This document shows, in pieces, positions 1 through 9,398 of a DNA stretch of 64,000 nt. The notes beneath the pieces are model-generated. The model saw only the letters and a list, made by a program, of their open reading frames with translations. It had not been told where the DNA came from and searched no databases. Numbering within the stretch: the stretch's first letter is position 1; each line of letters starts with the position of its first letter. The translations under genes were made by a program, and so were the position numbers. Source of the DNA: an uncultured archaeon (lineage in GTDB: Archaea; Thermoplasmatota; Thermoplasmata; Thermoplasmatales; Thermoplasmataceae); assembly GCA_000965745.1 (NCBI GenBank), contig CP009479.1, positions 1 to 64,000 of the forward strand. Reading direction: 5' to 3'.

Positions 1-1268
1 GACATTGTCAAAATTTAGTTGACTCCACTCAGCCCTCATCACGTAACCGAAATCATGAAATATGATTGTAGTATTCCATCACATGCGACTGAGGAAGGCG
101 CCCTACACTGAATTCAAGAGGGTTTCCACATCCCTTGACGATTATGCCTCAGTTGATTCTTCTCCTCTCTTCCTGGTCAACAACATTCCCATGATGGACA
201 TTGAACTGAAGGAAAACGATCTGATCAGCTTCATGAATCCCATGTGCCCGCAGTGCCGCTCAAAGAACGTGGTTCGAAACGGAACATGCCTCAGGACCCT
301 GGAGAATGGTACTGTATTCAGGGTGCAGAGATATATCTGCAGGGACTGCAGATATTCATTCGTTGCAAGGCCTCCAAATTACGGTTACGGAAAGCATTAC
401 CCTGAGGATGTCAGGGAGAAGGGCGTCAAGACCAGGGTGAAGACATCCCTGAGGAAGGCAGCAGACCTCTTCCGCATCATAGGAAACGTGATCATATCCC
501 ATGAAACCATCAGGAAATATGTTCCTTCCCTACCAGACATGGTGATGGTTTCTTCCGGATATTTCGTGTATGACGAGCAGTACGCACACATTGACGGAAT
601 CGAGAAATACAGGGCACTCCTGAAGGATTCAAAGAACGGAAACTTTGTGGAAGAGATACTTGACGACCTGAAGGAGGATACACTGGCAGGATTCTTAATC
701 AGGTCGCTCTCGAGGTTCGCCATCCCGGATCATATATTCATCACAACAGACGGGTACCATTACGAATCCGCACTGGAAAAGGTATCTTCAAGCCTCAATA
801 TACGGATAATGAGGCAGAGGTGCCTCTTCCACATTGAGAAGGATCTTGCGCACAGGATAGCCGATGCAAAGATGGAAGGTCATCTGGACATGGCAAAGAG
901 ACTGGTCAAGTACATGTTTTTCCAGAATAGAACAAACCTGAAGAAGCTGGGAAAGAACCGGGATGCGGTGTTGAAGCTCACTGAGGGCATGAGTGAGAGG
1001 GAGATCGTTGAAATAATGCTTGACAGGATCAACAGCCTCTATGGCGGTGACAGTATCATGGCATCCTTCCTCAAATGGGTGAAAAAGCACAGGAAGGAGG
1101 TGTTCCTGTATCTTGAGAATCCTGATGTGGAGAAGACCTCAGACAAGGCGGAACAGCATTTCTCAGTACAGTCATGGCTTTTTAAGCACCGGTTCAAGAC
1201 TGAAGAAGGTCTCCTGCGGACATCCTACTGGTATCACCGGTACTTATCAACCGGAAGTTGACAATGTC
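1..1268 (+). mobile_element. Complete insertion sequence (~1.27 kb) with imperfect 22-bp terminal inverted repeats
   Basis: Left end gacattgtcaaaatttagttga (1-22) vs reverse complement of 1247-1268 gacattgtcaacttccggttga: outer 11 bp identical, 17/22 overall; encloses a single transposase ORF. Confidence 0.9.
62..1261 (+). CDS. DDE transposase with IS1-like zinc ribbon (exact IS family uncertain)
   Basis: CPQC...RNG...QRYICRDC zinc ribbon, YDEQY, TTDG, QRCLFH and AEQHF motifs; stop codon lies inside the right IR. Confidence 0.88.
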   Translation: MIVVFHHMRLRKAPYTEFKRVSTSLDDYASVDSSPLFLVNNIPMMDIELKENDLISFMNPMCPQCRSKNVVRNGTCLRTLENGTVFRVQRYICRDCRYSFVARPPNYGYGKHYPEDVREKGVKTRVKTSLRKAADLFRIIGNVIISHETIRKYVPSLPDMVMVSSGYFVYDEQYAHIDGIEKYRALLKDSKNGNFVEEILDDLKEDTLAGFLIRSLSRFAIPDHIFITTDGYHYESALEKVSSSLNIRIMRQRCLFHIEKDLAHRIADAKMEGHLDMAKRLVKYMFFQNRTNLKKLGKNRDAVLKLTEGMSEREIVEIMLDRINSLYGGDSIMASFLKWVKKHRKEVFLYLENPDVEKTSDKAEQHFSVQSWLFKHRFKTEEGLLRTSYWYHRYLSTGS

Positions 1269-3236
1269 GATCAACAGTACAACAGCAAACTATTTGCGAA
1301 GCACCTGTGCGATGACTTATATCTCGACAATGAGGTGTTGCTAGAGGTAATTGAGGGGCTAAATCACTCTAGAGATAACTCATACAGATATAATTTCTCC
1401 ATAATAGAATCAGACGTTCTTGGGAATATCTATGAACAGTATCTGGGAAATATTCTCAAGACCACACCAAAGAGGGCCAAGCTATCGGAATCAATGACAC
1501 ATAGGAAAGAACAGGGCATTTACTATACGCCTTCATATATTGTTGATTATATTGTCAAGAACACTGTTGGCGAATACATAAAAACACATACACCAGAGGA
1601 AATCAAGAATGTCAAAATAGTTGATCCAGCATGTGGTTCTGGAAGCTTTCTGATAAGGGCATACAAAGAGCTTGAGAATTATTGGAAAAGGGAGTTGAAG
1701 CTTGACGAAAGCGATTTGAAACAGACAAGATTTGACTTAGAGAATTCAGAAAAAGTATATACCCTTAAGACCGAAATTCTTAAAAACAATATTTTCGGAG
1801 TTGACCTTGACCCGAAAGCCGTGGAAATTGCTCAGTTGAATTTGTTATTGCAGATATCAGAGAGAAAGCATAGATTACCAGAACTTCAAAGGAATATAAA
1901 GATTGGAAACAGTCTGATAGATGATCCGACTGTAAGCGATAGGGCCTTCAAATGGGAAGAGGGATTTACAGAAATAATGGAGATGGGAGGCTTTGACATT
2001 GTTATTGGTAACCCCCCTTACATTAAATCTAGAGACGCCAAGGATATAGAAGCACGAAAGTTCATTGAAAATTCTGGAAAGTATGAGACACCATACAAAA
2101 TGTGGGATATGTTTGTCCCTTTTGTTGAGAAAGGGTTAAAACTACTAAGAGAACATGGTAAGTTTTCGATGATCATCCCCGATACCATAGGAGTAACCGA
2201 CTACACTCAAAAGCTGGGAAAGATGATTGTCGATAAATATTCATTGTATCAAATTGATTTCTTTCCCGATATAGAGGTATTCACAAAAGTCGGAGTAAGA
2301 AGTAAGATTATTTTCGTTCAGAATGATAAAAAGATAACCAAGTGTAAACGTGTTATACACGAAAAAGAAATTACAAATGAGAGGGTGCTTGACAATTCAA
2401 CAAATGATGACTACAGTGTTTTCAGGATAAAAGCACCAATTATTAAATTCAAGTTGGAAAATACGATCCCCTTGGGCAATATTTGTTATGTAAGTTATGG
2501 TGCTAGATTTAACAGCGATAAGGATGACCCATTGAAATTCAAAAAATCTGATTTATTATCTACAGCAAAGGATAACGTCCATGCTCGTGCATACACAGAA
2601 GGGAAATACCTCGATAAGTTCAGGATTGTTAAGAGACTCTACGTAGAATGGGACACCGACAGAAGCCCTTCCAGGTTGGTCAGACCAACTTTTAGAGAAC
2701 TCTATGAACCGGAAAAACTTCTCATGGCAAGGCAAAAAAGAGTTATTGCATATTCAAAAAATAAAGAAATCTGTGATAATACAATAGTTGTGGGCGTTCC
2801 TTATTTCTCCCTTAAGAATGTTTATAATTCACACATATCAAAATATTTTACCAACACCGGTATGGTTCGAAAGGAAGTTGAAGAAATTTCAGAGAAATTC
2901 CATATAAAATACCTACTAGCAGTTCTAAACTCGAATCTTATCCAATATTTACTCAGAACTAATAATCGAAGTAAAATAGACACATATCCAGACGATTGGA
3001 AAAATATTCCAATAAAATGCATTGAACCAAAGGTACAAAGTGAAATATCTTTGGTTAGCGAAAGACTTCTCGAATTAAATGACAAATTAAATGAAATTCA
3101 AGACCTCAAGACGGACGAAACAGTCTTGGTCATTGAAACAGTTCGAAAATTGGAATCCGAGATAAACCAGTTGGTATACGATGTGTATGATGTAGATGCG
3201 AGAGATATAGAGGTAATTGAAGACTACCTAAAATAG
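1269..3236 (+). pseudogene. Type IIG (Eco57I-like) restriction-modification enzyme, C-terminal N6-adenine methyltransferase/TRD part, interrupted by the IS
   Basis: YNSKLF, LGNIYEQYL, GIYYTP, DPACGSG (motif I), GNPPY (motif IV) and a TaqI-C-like tail; ORF-track N-terminus (1113-1268) is IS sequence; visibly AT-rich. Confidence 0.85.
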
Positions 3237-3404
3237 AGAAATCTACATCTGTAATTTAAAGAGAAAGCAATTTTATAACGAGAATTGAAAAAAAATCCAA
3301 AGATTGCCAAGATACTTTTTGAGAGTTATCTGAAATCTGATAAGGCTGAGTAAAATTTTTTAAATGGAATATAAAAGCGGCACGTTTTTCGGCCTTATCT
3401 ATAT

Positions 3405-3655
3405 CCCCCCCATCATATTCATGTTCAGTCCCGAGAATTATTTGAACATTAATGTTCGAATCCACACTTTTTTCATTTAGTCGAAAAAACGTGTCCAGGT
3501 GCTCAGACGTGTGCTCCGCCACCTCCCTTTCTCGTAAGTGGGTATAGACTTGTGTAGAGGAAAGGGACCGGTGACCCAAATGGATTTGAACCTCCCTTAT
3601 GTCAAGCCTTTGTCCCCTGGAGTCCCTCTTTAATTTACAGCACTTGGTGCACATG
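3405..3655 (-). pseudogene. Tyrosine recombinase/integrase C-terminal remnant A
   Basis: LDIREVQIHLGHRSLSSTQVYTHL = box II LGH...Y catalytic motif; no N-terminal part. Confidence 0.85.
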
Positions 3656-3880
3656 ACCATTGGTATCATTAGAAACAAAACTATTTCAGGTAGCCTTATA
3701 GCGTTATCAATCGGAATTATTATGTTAGGCTTTTACGTTCTAAAGCTTGAGGGAGTATCACCCTTTGCTGTTGGCTTATTTCTCGTTTTCGAATCTATCG
3801 CCTATCCAGCCTGGTTTGCGAGAAGTATAATTATGACACTGACTGACCGACGAAAATTATTTCTCTTTATTCGAAGCTAA
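3653..3880 (+). CDS. Small hydrophobic ORF or membrane-protein fragment
   Basis: Two hydrophobic stretches; abuts integrase remnant A, possibly truncated. Confidence 0.3.
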   Translation: MTIGIIRNKTISGSLIALSIGIIMLGFYVLKLEGVSPFAVGLFLVFESIAYPAWFARSIIMTLTDRRKLFLFIRS

Positions 3881-3989
3881 TTTATCATTGTGGTTTATAT
3901 CGTTTAAACCTGTTTATTGGGCTTCAACTGAGAAAGTAAGCCATGGTACTCTTAAAGCAAACGATTTAACCCCCTCAACTAATACACAT

Positions 3990-4652
3990 ATGGGATTAAT
4001 CAGAGACGAATACGCAAGGGCTCTTCACCTTGATTTCGAGAAGAGCCTGAAAAGTGACGTGGATGTTGTGGTGTTCACCAACGATAGCACTGAACACTGC
4101 GATTCTGCCCTTGCCATAGTCAGGGAACTCTCAAGGCTGAGGGGGACGATCCATTTCATGTACTATAATGTGGATAAGAACCTGGAAGCTTCTGAAGCTT
4201 ACAGGATCTCAGGGGCCCCTACCACAATTGTTGCCAGGCGTTGGAACAGGATGGCAGGATAAGGTTCACCGAGCTTCCCTCATGAGTTCACTTCCCTGGT
4301 CGAAATCATCAGGAATCTTTCAAGGAACGAGGCTTCACTGACCGCTTCTACCCTCCAGAGGATTGCTGGTGCGTCTATTCCCACCGAAATCAGGATATTT
4401 GTGACCCCAACCTGCCCATATTCTCCAATGGTTGTCCAGGCAGCACACAAGTTTGCAATGATGACCCCCCATATCAGGACAGATGTTATCGAGGCACTTG
4501 AGTTCCACGACCTTGCCGTTGAAGCAGGGATCGATTCAGTACCTCATGTTACAATCAATAATGGGAAGGAATTTGAGGGTGCGTTCCGGGAAGAAATCTT
4601 TGCATCCTACGTGGCAGGAGATTGCATTTGGACCCATGCATTGGTTTTATGA
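3990..4652 (+). pseudogene. Protein disulfide oxidoreductase (two thioredoxin folds) pseudogene
   Basis: MGLIRDEY...VVVFT...GAPTTIV; in-frame TAA at 4260-4262 with the DGRIRF segment in a shifted frame; then HEFTSLVE...IFVTPTCPYSP...IEALEF...SVPHVTIN; both CxxC sites degenerate. Confidence 0.8.
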
Positions 4653-4688
4653 TAATATCTATATGTATATTGTCAATACACATATCGT

Positions 4689-5270
4689 ATGACTAAGTAC
4701 CGGCAGACCCTTCTCGATGAGGAGACACACCAACTCATTGGCAGGGGTAAAAGGATCCTGCAGAAGAAGTTTGGTCATCCTTTTAGTGTGGCTGAAACCA
4801 TAAAGCACTACATGCGAGGTAGTTTAATGCTTGATGAACTCCCTAAACCAGTAAGGGAATATGTTAACGAGTTTGTGGCAAGGATAGCTGTGGATGAGAA
4901 GGTATTAGGGGTAGTCCTGTTTGGCTCTTATTCAAGGGGCGACCATACAAAATTCAGCGACATTGATATATTTATTGTTTACAACGGAGAAAAGGCGGAC
5001 GCCTACCGCATGATTTTCTCACACGACCAGGAACTCAAAAAGAATAAAAATGAAATGAGTAATTCCGGCTACTATTCAGACATTGAGCCGTTCATAGTCC
5101 CATATTATGATTTGGATGTTTTTAAGCCCATATACTTGGGTATCCTGAGAGATGGGATAATGCTCTTCGAGAGAAAATCTGTGATTTCAGAATTTTTCAG
5201 ATGGGTCATGGGCGTCGAGAACAAAAGAAGCATCATAGATTCCAGTGAGGTCATAAATTGGACCCTCTAG
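4689..5270 (+). CDS. Minimal nucleotidyltransferase (MNT) antitoxin with N-terminal RHH-like segment
   Basis: VVLFGSYSRGD...SDIDIF pol-beta motif; overlaps the HEPN gene. Confidence 0.88.
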   Translation: MTKYRQTLLDEETHQLIGRGKRILQKKFGHPFSVAETIKHYMRGSLMLDELPKPVREYVNEFVARIAVDEKVLGVVLFGSYSRGDHTKFSDIDIFIVYNGEKADAYRMIFSHDQELKKNKNEMSNSGYYSDIEPFIVPYYDLDVFKPIYLGILRDGIMLFERKSVISEFFRWVMGVENKRSIIDSSEVINWTL

Positions 5271-5674
5271 CGAAAAGAGCCCTGGAAAGCTCATACAGAT
5301 GGTTGTCAAGTTCAGATTCCTCATATAAATTGGAGGCCTATGACATTGCAGTTTATGAATTGGAAATGGCTGGGGAGGTGGCACTTAAGTGCTTGCTCAT
5401 AGAGAAACACTACGATGTTCCCAAGAGACATAATGTATCAAGGATCATTCGTGCGTTAATCCATGATGTCCAGATCGTGCCGATTGATAAATCTTCAAGG
5501 TTTGAGGAGTATCTTGACCGATTCGATCAGGTTGTGAGAATGAGAGGTGATGCAGGCTATAGTTATGAATCATCACTGGATCTAGAAGGATTCAAGGAGA
5601 TATACAACGATTACTTTGAAACAATTAAAGAACTCTTAGATTTCACATCAGATATAGTGACCGGATTGGAATAG
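5258..5674 (+). CDS. HEPN domain protein (MNT-HEPN toxin-antitoxin partner)
   Basis: AGEVALKCLL...VPKRHNV...DAGY pattern of the COG2250-type HEPN; coupled to MNT. Confidence 0.85.
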   Translation: MDPLAKRALESSYRWLSSSDSSYKLEAYDIAVYELEMAGEVALKCLLIEKHYDVPKRHNVSRIIRALIHDVQIVPIDKSSRFEEYLDRFDQVVRMRGDAGYSYESSLDLEGFKEIYNDYFETIKELLDFTSDIVTGLE

Positions 5675-5688
5675 CAATGAGCCCATGA

Positions 5689-5708
5689 TTCGAATCTCAG
5701 CGGTCCCA
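5689..5708 (+). repeat. tRNA 3'-end fragment (att-like site), probably tRNA-Pro
   Basis: TTCGAAT-CTCAG-CGGTCCC-A = T-loop, 3' T-stem strand, 3' acceptor strand and discriminator; 5' tRNA part absent; abuts the 3' end of an integrase remnant. Confidence 0.75.
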
Positions 5709-6112
5709 TATAGTGCAAAGTCGGTCCCATAGGGATTTGACCTCTTCATTTTTTTTCTCCCTCCTCGAAAAAATTCCGTCATGTGCTCTGATGTTAGCAC
5801 AGCCACCTCCCTTTATTTCAGATGGGTATACATTTGTGTCGAGGGAAGGGGTCGAGTGCCAAATGGATTTGAACCTCGCGTATGCCAAGCCTGCGTCCTT
5901 TGGAGCCTTCATTTAACAAGGTCTTGGCATACCACTGCTTTGCAGCATGGGCGTGGAATTTTGGGCCTCCCGACACTCGCAATGGCTTTGATCATTCCTC
6001 TTGTATAGTTGTAATTCAACCTTCCGACAGTTGTTGTAAAAAGTGCTTCTTTGGTAGTCTTTGAACGGTATTTCTCTATGTGTTCGTGAAGTCTTGACGC
6101 AAGCGCTCCAGA
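5709..6112 (-). pseudogene. Tyrosine integrase remnant B (frameshifted), paralog of remnant A
   Basis: Across frames: KYRSKTTKEALFTT..RGMIKAIA / PKFHAHAAKQWYAKTLL..GRRLGIREVQIHL / STQMYTHL.REVAVLTSEHMTEFFR. Confidence 0.8.
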
Positions 6113-6583
6113 AAGCCAAGAGGCGAGGATGCAAAGACAAGAAGATCTGAGGATGGTGCATCTGAAACGAAGAACCATGAGAAGCATTTCTGGTACAAGA
6201 TGCACTCGCTGGTGAATGAGATCAAGATCCTCGAGAGACTGTCAGTAACGCCTGCCAACGTGCACGACTCACAGATAGATCTGAGCATTCCCGGAATAGT
6301 ATGCTACCGTGACAGGGGATACTTCGGCTCCGGTTGCAGGGGAATCGATGCCGCCATGGATATGGCAGTGAGAAATCACAAGCTTCCCATGAAAAGCGTA
6401 CGGCGAAACCTAAGGATATCCAGAATAAGATCGCTTGTGGAACATCCATATGCATTCTTCAGGAGGATATTCCACTTCGCGCATGTGATGGTCACAACTG
6501 TGCAGAGAGTGCGGGTGAAGACATACTTCACTGCAATATGCTGCAACCTTGTCAGGGCAAGATATCTTGACAGGATAGCGTGA
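6112..6583 (+). pseudogene. IS5-family transposase C-terminal fragment
   Basis: KPRGEDAKTRRSEDG...HFWYKMH..SVTPANVHDSQIDLS..YRDRGY..RSLVEHPYA; N-terminus missing. Confidence 0.85.
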
Positions 6584-6771
6584 GCCCTCGAATTTTAGGG
6601 GAAATAAGAGAAATATACAGCAATAATACAGCCTGATGCAGTTCTTTTACTGTTATCATGCATCATTGAAGACAATAAGCAGTATTGTTGAAGTGTAATG
6701 GCAGGTTTTGGGAAATTCTCATGCTACTATTTGCAAGCTTACCTTTAAAAACATTACTACTATCGTTTTTG

Positions 6772-7701
6772 GTGAGAGTAAACGACATTGATAAGCATCT
6801 TGACATGAGGCTTGTTCTGCGCCTCAGGCAAGATACAGAGCTCTTCAGCGCCACTGCGAACTTCAGCAAACCTTTGCCTGTTTTCATTTACGAAAACGAG
6901 GGAAAGATGTTCATGAGCACATATTTCCCAAAGCAAACTGATAGAAACGACATGAGTTTGCTTCTTCGAAAATTTGAAGCCGATGAAAAGGAAGATTCGT
7001 TTGTAACAACCACGAGAATAAACAACGTTAAAGATCTTGCAATAATCAGGAAACTTCTCGATCTTCCATCGATGACTCTAAACAGGGCAGATATTAGCTC
7101 AGGTTTTCTGAACGTTTATGCGAGATTCCATAGCTGTAACCTTGATGAGGTTTCCCACATACTCTCCGAATACACTTCTGACCGGGCAAATTCCAGAGTC
7201 GAGTGGTTGGGTCCGTCCCCTGGAATAATACAGATAATGGACCTCATCAACTCACAATATCCCATTTCATTGGTCACTTACGAAATAAGTGACGATGACA
7301 ATTCTCCACATAGCCTTTCCAAGGCAGGGAATGTACTGGTGGAGGTAAAGGGAGCAGACTCTGAAAGTGAGTTTAGCAGCATCTTATACGCGGACCCTTG
7401 GGAGATGGACAGGCTTCCTGAGGGAACCACAAAAATATCACCTGATGAAAGGGTCCACAGCTTTACCTTTTCTAACAGGTTCCTCGGCATGGTCAGGGAT
7501 AGATCCAACCGGGCTCACATCATAAGAATGAGGTTCTTCGTCAAGCCCCTAAACGGGAAACTGGAGGTTTCAACCTTTCTTCCAACAAGCCAGGTGTACG
7601 AATATTATTCTATCCTGTACGACGTGGCAAGGCTTGAAAAAAACTCCATTGTTGTGAAGTACCTTATGCCATATTCAAGTGATCTGTGGGATTTTATCTG
7701 A
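6772..7701 (+). CDS. Uncharacterised ~310-aa protein (paralog of 8429-9337)
   Basis: Long ORF; GTG start chosen ~20-25 nt after a TTTAAAAA box and by alignment to the paralog (ORF track starts at 6685). Confidence 0.75.
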   Translation: MRVNDIDKHLDMRLVLRLRQDTELFSATANFSKPLPVFIYENEGKMFMSTYFPKQTDRNDMSLLLRKFEADEKEDSFVTTTRINNVKDLAIIRKLLDLPSMTLNRADISSGFLNVYARFHSCNLDEVSHILSEYTSDRANSRVEWLGPSPGIIQIMDLINSQYPISLVTYEISDDDNSPHSLSKAGNVLVEVKGADSESEFSSILYADPWEMDRLPEGTTKISPDERVHSFTFSNRFLGMVRDRSNRAHIIRMRFFVKPLNGKLEVSTFLPTSQVYEYYSILYDVARLEKNSIVVKYLMPYSSDLWDFI

Positions 7702-8428
7702 CAGTCAAATTAAACAGACTGTTTCCTGATTCATGTTATCTGAAACCTTTGTCAGACTCGTTGAGAGTACACAAGGATGACGGGGGAAACTGGGACGCAA
7801 AAACTCCAGGGAGGCTTCAGATTTCAAGAAGAACCGGCCCACATCTGTGAAAGGGTTCAGAAATTCAGGAGCCGTCTCACAATAGCAATCAGATGTGCAG
7901 ATCTCAACCACCAGGGGGTTGGAATAAAGCCGGAGGATTCGATAATGCATGCAGCGATCTCATGCTTCGATGGAACTTCGGGAAAGCCCCTGCACACATG
8001 CCTCATTTCTGCACTGAGGTAATTCGACATTGAGCAAATGAATGCCCTCCTTTGATAAACAAGGAGATTGATACTGAAGCAAAGGACTGGGACGAAGTTC
8101 TCTGGATGTCGCTTCGATGTGTGTTATTCCCACTGTGAGTTCGTCGATGAAAACTCATATAGCAAGGATGGGAAAAGACCGAAACTAGATTCCATGGCTT
8201 CCTGAATTTCTGACTCTCCAGTAAAAGGCATATTGGCGTACAGGTCACTGAATCTCAATTCAGCTATATGCATTGAACTCCCGGCAGAAGTATATTATTT
8301 TCCTCAACTATTGGTCATTTTTTAATTAACTTTGAAAATAGCAACATAGAATCCCATATTTTTCATTTCGTAGATGTATTTATAAAGAGAAAATTTAATA
8401 ATATTTCGATGATGCATCTCGAGTTTAT

Positions 8429-9337
8429 ATGTCTTTTCTTGAATCCGGTGGAGGCCTTGATACAAGATGCATACTCGCTCTGCAGCAGGACAACGAGCTT
8501 TTCAAGTTTCTCAAGTCGATAAGAGGCAAGATTCCTGCTTATATATTCCTGGAAGGCAATAATGCCCAGCTTCAGCTATACTTCAACTGTGAAGACACGA
8601 ATGCCCACGATATCTCCTTTCTTGAAAAATACGGTGCGATAAAATTCGATGAAGTTTATGTCATAAAACAGAAGATCAGCAATAGGGATGAATTGGGCAT
8701 TATAAGCAAGCTGATTTCGGAATATATGGTTGCCTCAAATGCCGTGTATGTGTCAAACGGGTGGCTTATTGTTGACCTGAGGTTCCACGGATCAAAATAC
8801 CGGAGTGTATCACAGATACTTGCAACACATATGCACAAAACCCAAAGGATCAGGCTGCTCTACCTTGGAAATTCGCCTGGCCTATCGACTATTTTAGACG
8901 AGCTTAACTCGGAAGTCCCTCTGTCTACTGTCATCTTTGAGATTCCGCTGGAAGTTGCAAATGTCCCGGACTCTCTTCTCAGGGAGGACATTGATCTTCT
9001 TGAGACTGAAAACAGCCTGCTTCTTGATAACAAAATCAAGGTGATTCTTTACGGGAAAGACGAAGAAGGGAATCTCGTTGCCATATCCGAAGATCATGTT
9101 ACAAATATACTACTCTCTGAAATAAGGAAAAGGGCCAATGAGCAGATGATTATAAGGTATAACATGTTTGTAAAGAGAAAGGGTGATCAGGTCCGAATGC
9201 TGGTGATCATGCCTTCGAACCAGATAAACGGATATCTCAGGACCGTGTTTTCAGTTGCCATGGAGAATCACCAGTCCCCGGTGTCACTGGTTGCTGCTGC
9301 CCCCTACGGAAAGGATGTTATCAAGTCCTTTACCTGA
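8429..9337 (+). CDS. Uncharacterised 302-aa protein (paralog of 6772-7701)
   Basis: Long ORF with upstream TATA-like elements; shares L.QD.ELF, RFH and LG.SPG...N...P.S.V..EI motifs with the paralog. Confidence 0.8.
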   Translation: MSFLESGGGLDTRCILALQQDNELFKFLKSIRGKIPAYIFLEGNNAQLQLYFNCEDTNAHDISFLEKYGAIKFDEVYVIKQKISNRDELGIISKLISEYMVASNAVYVSNGWLIVDLRFHGSKYRSVSQILATHMHKTQRIRLLYLGNSPGLSTILDELNSEVPLSTVIFEIPLEVANVPDSLLREDIDLLETENSLLLDNKIKVILYGKDEEGNLVAISEDHVTNILLSEIRKRANEQMIIRYNMFVKRKGDQVRMLVIMPSNQINGYLRTVFSVAMENHQSPVSLVAAAPYGKDVIKSFT

Positions 9338-9398
9338 TCATGGGGCTCATAGATGATAGGAACAATAGTGGCTTCAACAGCTATTCCCATTGCTGGCA

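Noticed and set aside
1113-1268. N-terminal 52 aa of the 707-aa ORF; possible transposase-methyltransferase fusion
   Set aside because: It is the +1 frame of the IS end. No evidence for programmed frameshifting; best explained by an insertion.
3256-3405. C-terminal part of the 140-aa ORF
   Set aside because: Read-through into AT-rich non-coding sequence beyond the integrase homology
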